Shown here piece after piece: positions 27,125-35,847 of a stretch of 64,000 nucleotides of DNA. The DNA is from a virus (taxonomy: Duplodnaviria; Caudoviricetes). A model generated the notes under the pieces. The model saw only the letters and a program-made list of their open reading frames with translations. It ran no database searches and was not told the DNA's origin. The stretch spans positions 155,690-219,689 of the IMG/VR virus record IMGVR_UViG_3300005076_000002; one strand, 5' to 3'. The position numbers were made by a program, and so were the translations under genes. Each line of letters starts with the position of its first letter. Positions within the stretch are counted from its first letter, which is position 1.

Positions 27125-27801
27125 TGTCGTTAGAAGCTGTTATGTTCATCGCCATCAGTGCCGCCTTTATTGTAGGTTTACTGTTGGGTAATGCCGGTAA
27201 GCGCGATCTTCGCAAAACCGCACAGAAGCTCACCGAAAAGTTGGGGGCGGTCAATATTGCTTATGATGAGCAAATGCGCCGTGCCAACCGTAATGGTAGC
27301 GATGTGCAACGCCTCACCAGTGAACTGGAACATGTGAAGAGTAGGGTAGACTACTCCGACCGACTGATAGTGAGGCTCAAGGCATTCCTTAAAGAATCCG
27401 GTGCAGTGCTGGCCGAACCCTACGGTACGATCGAAGCTGGCGATAGCGACTACAAAATCGAGATCAAGCGCACTCTGTTGCCGGAGGCTGACCGGCCCAA
27501 GATGCGTCAGGCAACCGTGTTCATGCCTGAGCGACTCCAACAGCCCAAACCTCGTCCGGTAATGGGCCATAGTCATCAACAGCACCAACGTGCAGAAGCA
27601 GCCAGGACGACCAGCCGGGTTCATCACACCCACAGCGAGCCCGATACCCTGGCGCAAAGTATCGTACATGCCACAGTGATCAACACGATGCTGTCCTCTG
27701 AGCCGACCCGTAGCGCTCCTGAGCCAGTACGTTGTGATCCATCGCCTAGCTATGGCAACGATTCCGACAGCGGTAGTTGTTCCTCACCGTCTTTTGATTA
27801 A
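27124..27801 (+). CDS. TM plus coiled-coil protein with low-complexity Ser/Asp C-terminal tail
   Basis: N-terminal TM; ends SYGNDSDSGSCSSPSFD. Confidence 0.7.
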   Translation: MSLEAVMFIAISAAFIVGLLLGNAGKRDLRKTAQKLTEKLGAVNIAYDEQMRRANRNGSDVQRLTSELEHVKSRVDYSDRLIVRLKAFLKESGAVLAEPYGTIEAGDSDYKIEIKRTLLPEADRPKMRQATVFMPERLQQPKPRPVMGHSHQQHQRAEAARTTSRVHHTHSEPDTLAQSIVHATVINTMLSSEPTRSAPEPVRCDPSPSYGNDSDSGSCSSPSFD

Positions 27802-27810
27802 GGGGAGTCT

Positions 27811-28134
27811 ATGTTTGTAGATAAGGAACAATTGCACGGCAGTGCAGTCATGGCAGGCTGGGCCGGTAACTGGCCGCTGGTGCAGTTGCGCTGGGGTTCT
27901 ATCAGTATGGAACTGCCTCACTCGAACGGCATGAGTTACAAGACCACACTCTACCAGGCCCTGTCAACTTGTAGTGATGGTCCGGTTGCGCCAGTTAACG
28001 TCCTCGATGCTGTCGGTCAACGCCTTACCATGGCTTATAACGTTTTGGCCAAAGTAGACGATGCACTACTTACCAAGATGTTACAGCTCCCACCTGACGT
28101 TGTAGTTACGAGACTGCACGAAGCGTTTAAATAA
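27811..28134 (+). CDS. Hypothetical protein
   Basis: GGGGAG RBS. Confidence 0.7.
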   Translation: MFVDKEQLHGSAVMAGWAGNWPLVQLRWGSISMELPHSNGMSYKTTLYQALSTCSDGPVAPVNVLDAVGQRLTMAYNVLAKVDDALLTKMLQLPPDVVVTRLHEAFK

Positions 28135-28137
28135 CAG

Positions 28138-28163
28138 TAGGGGCTACATGCCCCTATTTTTTT
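28138..28163 (+). terminator. Intrinsic terminator
   Basis: TAGGGGC-tacat-GCCCCTA-T7. Confidence 0.8.
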
Positions 28164-28209
28164 ATATGGCTGTCTATCCTTTAGATCTATCCATGCACTA
28201 GGAGCAAAC

Positions 28210-28959
28210 GTGGAAACTATCAACAGTAAACTGCCGGCTACCGTTGGCATCAACAATGTAGTAAAGGGCGTCTACGAGTTTGACGTAGATATTCTGCATA
28301 CCGAAGTTGTGGGATTCGGCGGCACTTACCACATGACGTATCGGGCAATGACCAACGGCAAGCAAAAGCTGTTCCTGCGCATCGGCAATACGTACATGCC
28401 TGAAAGCTATCGCCGTGGAACCCATATTCCTGAATTTGTGCTGGGTGACTTCACCAAGGTCTGGATGGATGACAGGACCGTAAAAGGTACTGTGGTCATT
28501 CGTCCTTACCACCATGCGCTCTTTGACGAGCTCGTCGATGTTTTGGGCGGCGTAATGGTATTGGGCGTATGTTCGATGGCGGAGAACATCGGTTATGGCA
28601 GGAGTTCTACCCGGATCATTCAGGACTTTTTAGGCGCACAGATACTCGACCCTGTCGGATACAGCCTCATGGATCCACCGAGCGACGATGCGCATGAGAT
28701 CCACCATATCGGGTTAAAGTCAATGCCTGGTACTGCCGAATACATCAAGTTCTGTGCTGACTCTATCGCCGTAGAACCGTATGTACCGCCGGTCAAGCAA
28801 GAGCAACCCTCGCCCCCGCACTATGGCGCCGAAATGGTTCCTACCCTGAAGGCAATGGAACCGCAATCGCTGGCTGAGTTTGTCGCGGCTGCGCCGGATC
28901 CGTTGGCCGATGTTTGCTTGGATAAAGAGATCAAACTGGAGGTCGAAAATGGAGCTTAA
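28210..28959 (+). CDS. Hypothetical protein, possible degenerate prohead-protease-like fold
   Basis: AGGAG RBS; GTG start; only weak by-eye resemblance to jumbo-phage head maturation proteases. Confidence 0.6.
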   Translation: METINSKLPATVGINNVVKGVYEFDVDILHTEVVGFGGTYHMTYRAMTNGKQKLFLRIGNTYMPESYRRGTHIPEFVLGDFTKVWMDDRTVKGTVVIRPYHHALFDELVDVLGGVMVLGVCSMAENIGYGRSSTRIIQDFLGAQILDPVGYSLMDPPSDDAHEIHHIGLKSMPGTAEYIKFCADSIAVEPYVPPVKQEQPSPPHYGAEMVPTLKAMEPQSLAEFVAAAPDPLADVCLDKEIKLEVENGA

Positions 28960-29305
28960 ACTCCCCTTTGCTCCGACCCCTTTCATCAAGCCATCGACAT
29001 CTCCTGCCATCTACCAGATGCGCTGCAAAGTGTATACGCTGGTCAAGCGTTATGAGAAATGCATCCTGCGTTTTCAGACGATGGTGGAAGAAAAGCACGT
29101 CTACGAGTTTGCCAGCATTCTCCAGGGCTATCCGTTTGTAACTCCGTCCGGCAAGTTCGTCTGGAGTGACCCGGTAAAGGCTGCCGTGACACAGGCGGTT
29201 AATCCCAACGACGTCGATGTCATTGGTGCGATTGAAAGCATCAAAGAAGGTACTGTAATTGAAGTGACGTTTGTAAGGAAGGAACTGGATGGGCAATCTG
29301 GTTGA
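28949..29305 (+). CDS. Hypothetical protein
   Basis: GGAGG RBS before ATG 28949. Confidence 0.7.
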   Translation: MELKLPFAPTPFIKPSTSPAIYQMRCKVYTLVKRYEKCILRFQTMVEEKHVYEFASILQGYPFVTPSGKFVWSDPVKAAVTQAVNPNDVDVIGAIESIKEGTVIEVTFVRKELDGQSG

Positions 29306-29435
29306 GAAGGATATTATCTATATCCTCTGCGGTCTTCTGGTAGGGTTTTCTGTAGTGGTTGCCGCTGGCTTGGTACTGTGGGAAACCTTTGTTAATCGTA
29401 AGCGTCCTTCTAAACGCCATTGGCGTGAAGGTTAA
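29289..29435 (+). CDS. Small single-TM protein (48 aa, absent from ORF track)
   Basis: AAGGA RBS; IIYILCGLLVGFSVVVAAGLVLW followed by a basic tail. Confidence 0.6.
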   Translation: MGNLVEKDIIYILCGLLVGFSVVVAAGLVLWETFVNRKRPSKRHWREG

Positions 29436-29438
29436 TTA

Positions 29439-29466
29439 CTAGGGGCCTTAGAGCCCCTAGCTTTTT
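29439..29466 (+). terminator. CTAGGGG-family terminator
   Basis: CTAGGGGC-cttaga-GCCCCTAG-CTTTTT. Confidence 0.8.
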
Positions 29467-29481
29467 ATGCAAGGAGTTAAT

Positions 29482-29763
29482 GTGGAGAAGTATGTAATCA
29501 TTGCCTTGGTTTTGCTATGCGTGGGACTGGGGGTATATGCTGCTGGGTTACAGCGCCGACTGGCTAAAGAAAAAGAAAACGTCCGACGCCTTAAAACACA
29601 AAAGGAACTTTTAAAGCACGACCTGGATCATAAGGAACTATTCTTTGGCCTTATGGAGACAAGACATTCCGAACGAGCTCGGGAGATAACGGTACTGACC
29701 CAACAGTTGCGCATCGCTAATATACGCCTGGCACGAGTACGTAATCGTCTTCGTACTAAATAA
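29482..29763 (+). CDS. TM plus coiled-coil protein
   Basis: AAGGAG RBS; N-terminal TM; basic coiled-coil. Confidence 0.7.
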   Translation: MEKYVIIALVLLCVGLGVYAAGLQRRLAKEKENVRRLKTQKELLKHDLDHKELFFGLMETRHSERAREITVLTQQLRIANIRLARVRNRLRTK

Positions 29764-29785
29764 GCCATAGTTTGAATAAAAATCA

Positions 29786-29809
29786 TTTCAGGCATATATC
29801 ATCTAGGTG
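29786..29809 (+). promoter_or_regulatory. Putative phage early promoter (24-nt motif)
   Basis: TTTCAGGCATATATCATCTAGGTG, preceded by an A-tract. Confidence 0.7.
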
Positions 29810-29841
29810 GAGTTCTTCATAAAACATTCATGGAGTTGAAT

Positions 29842-30006
29842 ATGACACCTAACATTGTAATGCTGATGATTATTGTAGTTCTGGTACTGGCTAACCTGTG
29901 GCAGCGTCATGATCGTAAAGCGCTGAAATCTGAAGTGGTGAAAACCAAATCAGAGCTGACGCATCGTATCAAGATCATTCGTAAGCTGCGCCTTGGGCAC
30001 AGCTAA
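29842..30006 (+). CDS. Small TM plus basic-tail protein (54 aa, absent from ORF track); monocistronic unit
   Basis: GGAG RBS; MTPNIVMLMIIVVLVLANLW...; has its own promoter motif and terminator. Confidence 0.7.
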   Translation: MTPNIVMLMIIVVLVLANLWQRHDRKALKSEVVKTKSELTHRIKIIRKLRLGHS

Positions 30007-30011
30007 AAGAT

Positions 30012-30045
30012 CTAGGGGTAAATCCCCTAGTTCTTTTTTTTTGCC
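30012..30045 (+). terminator. CTAGGGG-family terminator
   Basis: CTAGGGG-taaat-CCCCTAG-TTC-T9-GCC. Confidence 0.85.
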
Positions 30046-30058
30046 CCAACTAAAATCT

Positions 30059-30082
30059 TTTCAGACATATGTTATAAAAGTG
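30059..30082 (+). promoter_or_regulatory. Putative phage early promoter (24-nt motif)
   Basis: TTTCAGACATATGTTATAAAAGTG. Confidence 0.75.
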
Positions 30083-30123
30083 ATGTTCATCCTTAAATTT
30101 GAATAGTGTAATTAGGAGAAACC

Positions 30124-30756
30124 ATGAACGATAAAGTGCTATTCGCCGATGTACCCAAGTCTTTGCTTGGAACCTGTTTTGGTATGCTGGCCTATAACGA
30201 TCCCGGTCACCAGCTACCCCATATTCGTGACGTTGCACGTAATGGAATACGTGTAGCGGATTACTACTACCTCGATCCTATGCCATTTAAACTGGCAGCG
30301 GTGTGTCATGACATCTACTCTTCCGCCAACCGTACTGAACACCATACGTTGGCAGGGGAATGGGTACGTAACAACTTCAAGCACTACCGTGGGCTTGAGA
30401 AGTATGCCGACCTAGTCGCGCGGATGTGTGAACAACACCGCAGCAGTTATAAAGGAAAGTACGCCGGCCTGTTTGAAGAAGGCTTTGCAGCAGCTGATCG
30501 TGGAGTACCTACGGTTGAGAACTCGATAGTGCGTAGTTTCCAACACCACAGTGCTACATCCACTGACGCACTGGAGGTTCGCATCAAAGCCAGTATTGCG
30601 CATCTGCAAGAGAAGTTCGGTCCCGGCGGTTATAACCGGGAGAATAAAGTGCATGTCGATGTGTTCGGTGATGCACTGGAACGTTTCAAGGGTACAGTCA
30701 TGGATCTGACCGTAGAGCAGTATATCTACGTCTTGAAGAAACATAATCTGGTATAA
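30124..30756 (+). CDS. HD-domain metal-dependent phosphohydrolase
   Basis: H...H (GHQLPH), CHD, EHH, QHRSS and AAAD motifs. Confidence 0.8.
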   Translation: MNDKVLFADVPKSLLGTCFGMLAYNDPGHQLPHIRDVARNGIRVADYYYLDPMPFKLAAVCHDIYSSANRTEHHTLAGEWVRNNFKHYRGLEKYADLVARMCEQHRSSYKGKYAGLFEEGFAAADRGVPTVENSIVRSFQHHSATSTDALEVRIKASIAHLQEKFGPGGYNRENKVHVDVFGDALERFKGTVMDLTVEQYIYVLKKHNLV

Positions 30757-30766
30757 GGAGCAACAA

Positions 30767-31588
30767 GTGATTGTAGTGTTACCGATCCGTCGGGGAGAGA
30801 ATGCTCTCCCCCGTTTGAATTCCTTCCTGGGCAAGTATAGCGATGAGTATGCGGAGCATCGCATTAAGCACAACGGTAACGTAGACCTTAACTACCTCTA
30901 CGAATCCGTCGGTAAGCTGCATCCGGCTTTGGAGATCCACTATGACCTTAGTGTAACCTACGAGGTCTATGTGTTTGAAAACCAAGACCAGCGGGTTTAT
31001 TTCCTGGGGTACTTCCCGCACTATGAAAATGGTCTACGGGACAACAAGCTTCACATCGACTATATGAACTTCTGTGCGGCGCTGTACAGTCTTGGGGCTA
31101 CTGTCAATGTCTTACCGCTGATGGGTGCCGGTGGACCGATGGGCACTTACCTCACATACTACAACAACGGTGAGCTCAGTCATGGTAAAGTCCACGTAGC
31201 TACTATTGGCCCTGACGATGAGGTCGGTTTGCTTGAACTCATCTCCAAGCTGGCATCGGACAAAACCGAACACGTAGTCGACCTTACTGGCCGTATCCGT
31301 GGACTGGGTATACGTGAAGTCCATTGGCCTAAGGTCATTCTCGATGCTGAGACAACCACTACGGTGTCCTACTTCTTCTGGGAAGAGGTCATCGTACTGC
31401 CGGACAACACCCCGGAAGAAATCACTGCAAAGTTTGAAAGTAAAGTCGAAGATATGGAATCGCGTAAAGCGATCGACGTGTTGACGAGGTATTGCAAACA
31501 CATCCCTACTGTGGAACACGCATTTAGACATGCTGACCGTACAGTGAAGGCGGAGTTGATTGAAATAACTACGCCATGGAACGAATGA
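30767..31588 (+). CDS. Hypothetical protein
   Basis: AAGGAG RBS; GTG start. Confidence 0.75.
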   Translation: MIVVLPIRRGENALPRLNSFLGKYSDEYAEHRIKHNGNVDLNYLYESVGKLHPALEIHYDLSVTYEVYVFENQDQRVYFLGYFPHYENGLRDNKLHIDYMNFCAALYSLGATVNVLPLMGAGGPMGTYLTYYNNGELSHGKVHVATIGPDDEVGLLELISKLASDKTEHVVDLTGRIRGLGIREVHWPKVILDAETTTTVSYFFWEEVIVLPDNTPEEITAKFESKVEDMESRKAIDVLTRYCKHIPTVEHAFRHADRTVKAELIEITTPWNE

Positions 31589-31593
31589 CTACC

Positions 31594-31625
31594 GGGAGGC
31601 TATAAGCCTCCCCTTTTTTATTTTT
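31594..31625 (+). terminator. Intrinsic terminator (GGCTATAAGCC core)
   Basis: GGGAGGCT-ata-AGCCTCCC then a T-run. Confidence 0.8.
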
Positions 31626-31641
31626 ATTTGGGAGTAATATC

Positions 31642-32796
31642 ATGTTTAATATTTATTTTCTCTCCACCCTTAGTTCGTTTTATACGCATCGCAACATTAC
31701 CCAGGGTGCTATCATCTACGATAATGAATCCGAAGGCATCCGTCGGGTTATTACTCAAACTGGTAAAGCTAGTAAGATCTTTACCCAGATGAATGAGGAC
31801 ACCATCGCTAAAGAAATTGCACAGCGGTTTAGCCCCACTACTGCAATGCATTTGGATAAACTCATCTCAGAACTGACCCACAACAAGGTTCGCATTAATT
31901 TGCCGCCCTGTCACGATATTAAGTTCCGTGTAGTAAGTCTGATGGAATCTGGGGATCGTGTTGATCCCGTTAGTTCCACGTACTTGACGGTACTCGAGTA
32001 CGAGTTTAATGAAGACGCATTGCTGGCCGAGATACTGGAGCGTAACAAGGTTAAAATCTTGAGTCCTGATATCATACTGCCGTGCGATGTCGGCATTCGA
32101 TATGACTTGATCTGGCGTGGTGTACCGGCGGCCCACTACGACTACTACGACATGCGTACGGCTACCTATTTAGAAAAGCTGTCGTTCATGGAGTCCATGT
32201 TAACGATCAGGGATGAGAATAAGTTCCGCCCAACCAGATTGTCGGCGCGTACTATGTGCCATTATGGCCTGACTGACGACGAGATTGTCGATATTTTGAA
32301 GTCGGGCTCTGGTCTGTGTCGACTCCCGTACACGATCGAAGACGTAGATACTATTCTGACCATGCGTTTAGATCATGGTACTGGCGCTATGAAACTTACT
32401 GCGGAGGTTGCAAAAGAGGAGATTCTCCGGCGTAGAAATACCCCCAGCAGTGAAGGTGGTTATGCTGACCTCGTATATTGCGGTAGTCCTATTCAACGTA
32501 GCGTGGTGCTGAACGTCATTGCGCTCGGTGAAACCCAGCGTAGTGCCGAGTACCCGATCGACTGCATGATCTCGCAATACGAATACTTCAAGAAGAACGC
32601 AGCTGAATACATACCGGTATCGGTGACAGCCGAACCTTTCATCAAAGCACTCACACAACTCTTGGGCATTAATCTGGGGCAGTTGAAATCTATATTCGGT
32701 TGGGACGACATCACCGGCTGGAGCTTCGAACTCTATGAAGTAAAACAGCTCAATCCTGATGAACCCGAAATTCGCACCCTTTTGGAGAAATTCTAA
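31642..32796 (+). CDS. Hypothetical protein
   Basis: GGGAG RBS; 384 aa. Confidence 0.8.
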   Translation: MFNIYFLSTLSSFYTHRNITQGAIIYDNESEGIRRVITQTGKASKIFTQMNEDTIAKEIAQRFSPTTAMHLDKLISELTHNKVRINLPPCHDIKFRVVSLMESGDRVDPVSSTYLTVLEYEFNEDALLAEILERNKVKILSPDIILPCDVGIRYDLIWRGVPAAHYDYYDMRTATYLEKLSFMESMLTIRDENKFRPTRLSARTMCHYGLTDDEIVDILKSGSGLCRLPYTIEDVDTILTMRLDHGTGAMKLTAEVAKEEILRRRNTPSSEGGYADLVYCGSPIQRSVVLNVIALGETQRSAEYPIDCMISQYEYFKKNAAEYIPVSVTAEPFIKALTQLLGINLGQLKSIFGWDDITGWSFELYEVKQLNPDEPEIRTLLEKF

Positions 32797-33485
32797 TGAA
32801 ATCTGTAAAACACAATGAACTGTGCAATATGCCGTCTGGTACCATCTTCCTGGCGGACAACTACGATCGACTCACTGTACTGGAGTCTGGCTGTGGCTTT
32901 AAAGACCCCTATCGGGACTTCTTTTATATTACAGCGGCGGGAGCTTATGACATACGTGAGGCTGCCTACGAAGCCGGTACGATCAATCCGCATAACAACG
33001 TAGGTCGTACTGATATCACTGACTTCGTAGTCGGTGGTCGTGATGGACTCTTCGATGAAGCACAAGACTACCTTGTGTTTGAGTCGCTCGATGAGTTCCA
33101 TCGTTATGCACATGAGCAGGTGTTGTTGCCGTATCGGATGCCAGCTCACATCAAAGGGCCTACACAGGCCCAGATGACCGAGGAAGGCCTCAAGGTAGAC
33201 GAATACTACTGTATGGAAGGAAACGTCGCCATGGGTCGTCTGGTGCATATCGGTCACGAGTTCGGTCGTCCTGATCACAAGACCGTCCATCTGGAAGTAG
33301 TCGACAATAACCCACTGTATTTCTCAGCGGCTATTCAAACTATGCCGATGGAGCGCTTCCTGGCTCAGTTCCACCACTTCAATACCGACACGGTCAAACA
33401 GATCGTTGCGCAAAACCCAGTCGTGGTAGAAGTAGCAGATAAGATGAAGACTGAAATCGACGCCCATGTGGCTAAGAAGGATTAA
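32796..33485 (+). CDS. Hypothetical protein
   Basis: TAATG coupling. Confidence 0.75.
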   Translation: MKSVKHNELCNMPSGTIFLADNYDRLTVLESGCGFKDPYRDFFYITAAGAYDIREAAYEAGTINPHNNVGRTDITDFVVGGRDGLFDEAQDYLVFESLDEFHRYAHEQVLLPYRMPAHIKGPTQAQMTEEGLKVDEYYCMEGNVAMGRLVHIGHEFGRPDHKTVHLEVVDNNPLYFSAAIQTMPMERFLAQFHHFNTDTVKQIVAQNPVVVEVADKMKTEIDAHVAKKD

Positions 33486-33842
33486 ATGACAATCGGGCAA
33501 CGTTCGTTTCTGTACCATGCTATTACATGGGTGTTCCTGGTAGGTTCCCTGACTGGTTTGTATTTCAACAGTCAACCGCCTGAGAAGTTTCATAAATTGA
33601 GTAGGGTTTACTTTAGTTGTCCATCCGACGACTATCGTTCCTACGAAGTGGTGCGCTCCAGTGAGGGGCGCATTACCGCAATTTATGATCGGGAATACAA
33701 AAAGCTTTTAACCGGTCGTGAGTACGTTGAGAAAACGACTAATTGTATTGTGGTAAAAGTGGGAGAGTCTGACCTGGATCATGAAGGTCAGAACTTCTTT
33801 GAAATCATTACATTCGGGAGCGAAAATGAAGAATTACCTTGA
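33486..33842 (+). CDS. Hypothetical membrane-anchored protein
   Basis: N-terminal TM segment. Confidence 0.7.
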   Translation: MTIGQRSFLYHAITWVFLVGSLTGLYFNSQPPEKFHKLSRVYFSCPSDDYRSYEVVRSSEGRITAIYDREYKKLLTGREYVEKTTNCIVVKVGESDLDHEGQNFFEIITFGSENEELP

Positions 33843-34713
33843 TCTGTTGCGTGACGTACGTGAAAATGGCCGTGCTCGTGGTGACCGTACTGGCACTGGA
33901 ACCATCTCCGTATTCGATCGTCACTTGAGCTGGAACCTCAGTGAAGGGTTCCCTCTGGTGACCACCAAGAAGTGCCACCTGCGCTCTATCATCCATGAAC
34001 TGCTCTGGTTTGTCTCTGGTGATACCAATATCCGTTATCTCAATGACAACGGGGTAACTATCTGGGACGAGTGGGCGGCCAAAGCAGATGTCAATGTCCA
34101 CGCCAAGCGCGTGACCATTAACGACATCAAGCAACACCTGGTGGGCATCAAAGGTCTGGGTGTCGGTCAGGCTGAAGACCGTCTGCGTAAAGCTCATCTC
34201 AAATCAATCGATGAGAAGTATTCGGCCAGTGGGTTGGATGCACCTACCCGCATGATCGCAGTATTGCGTGAAGAGGGTATCCTCGACGAGAACGAGATCG
34301 TCCTGCCAGCGGTAATCCGTACTATCAAGAAGGGTGATCTGGGTCCGGTCTATGGCGAAATGCTTCGTGCGTTCCCTGGGCCCAATGGTCCGGTAGACCA
34401 ACTCAAAGAACTGATCCATGGTCTGGCTACCCAGCCGTTCTCTCGCCGCCATATCGTAGACCTGTGGTGCCCTGCGGTATTGCCGAATGAGAAGCTCTCT
34501 GTTGAAGAGAACGTCATGGCTGGTAAGCAGGCACTGGCCCCGTGCCACTATGGCTTCCAGTGCTACGTAGAGGAGCTCACCGATAAGGAGCGGTACGGTC
34601 TCTATACCGCCACCCACGATACTTGGTGTGGAGATATTCCGCAGGATCTGGAAAACGTGATGGATGTAGCGCGTATTCCGAAGTATCGTCTGTCGTTGAA
34701 GTGGTTCCAGCGT
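33826..34713 (+). CDS. thyA: Thymidylate synthase, exon 1
   Basis: MKNYLDLL, DRTGTGT, GFPLVTTKK, IIHELLWF, IWDEWA, GDLGPVYG, SRRHIV and catalytic ALAPCH motifs; ends ...WFQR. Confidence 0.95.
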
Positions 34714-35847
34714 TAAGAACAGAGCGCCTTCAGGTCGTGAGGCCTGTCGAATAACTCTTCCTAAAACGGGAAAGCCTATTACAGGTTAATAGGTCAATCC
34801 GTTGCTAAACTACACAAGCTGACCTATTATATGGATTACCTTTCAACATCGAGGTGAATATGATAGGGGTTTACTATTTGGTAAATAAAACCAATGGTCG
34901 ATTTTATATTGGCAGTTCTGGTAAGTTGAGGACTCGCCAACGTAAACACGAAATGGATATACAAAATGGAAAACATACAAACGTCAACGTGGCAACTGAT
35001 ATAGCCTTAGGACATAAGTTTGAATTCCAGATTAAGGTACTTACTGAAACTAGAAAAGAAGCATATGCGCATGAGCAGCGTCTTATCACGGAAAATAAAG
35101 ACAATCCTCTCATGTACAATATTGGCCTGAACTCACTTGGCGGTGATAACCTCACCCGCCATCCAGATAAAGCTAACATTATCCAACAGCGTATTAACAC
35201 TGTCAGTAAAAAGATGGAACGTATGTCGGTTGGGGAACGCAAGGCTAAATATGGTAAGCCAGGCCAATTAAATGGTATGTATGGTAGAACTCACACTGAG
35301 GAAGTACGTCGTGCGTTATCAGAACGTTTGCGTGGTGTCCCAAATCCTAAGGCAGGGAAAAGCCTTACGGAAGACGGGCGGCGGCGGATGTCTGAGTACG
35401 GGAAGACTAGGACAGGAGTCCGCAATCCCTTCTTTGGTAAAACTCATTCAAAAGAGACACGGGCTAAGTTAGCCGAAAAACAACGCGGTGTTAAACCCGC
35501 AAACAGTTTGAAAGTCTCAATTGAAGGAGTTGTCTACGATTCGTATCATGATGCTTCTGTAGCTATTGGAAAGAACGTCACGGTAATTCGGTGGCGGGCA
35601 CTCAGTAAGAATCCTAAGTATGCCAATTGGTTCCTTGTGTAGAATGCCCAGAGGGTATCGAAAGCGTTCCTAGGACTAAAAAGGAACAGTGAGTAGAGTA
35701 GGGTGGAAGTCCACCTGAAACGGAAGAGAGTCTCTCATGGATGATGAGACTGTGATTTACTCCGACACCTGCCGTAAGGTGGGAGTGGTTTTGTAGTGCC
35801 CCTTTGCAAACCAACTAACGCTTAACGACCGTTAGTTAACCGACAAG
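34714..35847 (+). mobile_element. Group I self-splicing intron (IA2-like), 1134 nt
   Basis: Exons join in frame as WFQR|SVDTFLGLPFN. P1 GCGU/GCGC with U-G at the 5' splice site. P10 ACAGA/UCUGU. P3 CTCTTCC(34755)/GGAAGAG(35722). P7 GAGGGTA(35651)/TACTCC(35758). P2 and P9 GNRA tetraloops. Terminal omega-G at 35847. Confidence 0.92.
34860..35642 (+). CDS. Intron-encoded GIY-YIG homing endonuclease (I-TevI-like, two NUMOD3 motifs)
   Basis: GVY-(10)-YIGSS, conserved R, E and YN; NGMYGRTHTEE and NPFFGKTHSKET repeats; C-terminal HTH-like segment; looped out by stem TACACAAG(34811)/CTTGTGTA(35634). Confidence 0.92.
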   Translation: MIGVYYLVNKTNGRFYIGSSGKLRTRQRKHEMDIQNGKHTNVNVATDIALGHKFEFQIKVLTETRKEAYAHEQRLITENKDNPLMYNIGLNSLGGDNLTRHPDKANIIQQRINTVSKKMERMSVGERKAKYGKPGQLNGMYGRTHTEEVRRALSERLRGVPNPKAGKSLTEDGRRRMSEYGKTRTGVRNPFFGKTHSKETRAKLAEKQRGVKPANSLKVSIEGVVYDSYHDASVAIGKNVTVIRWRALSKNPKYANWFLV

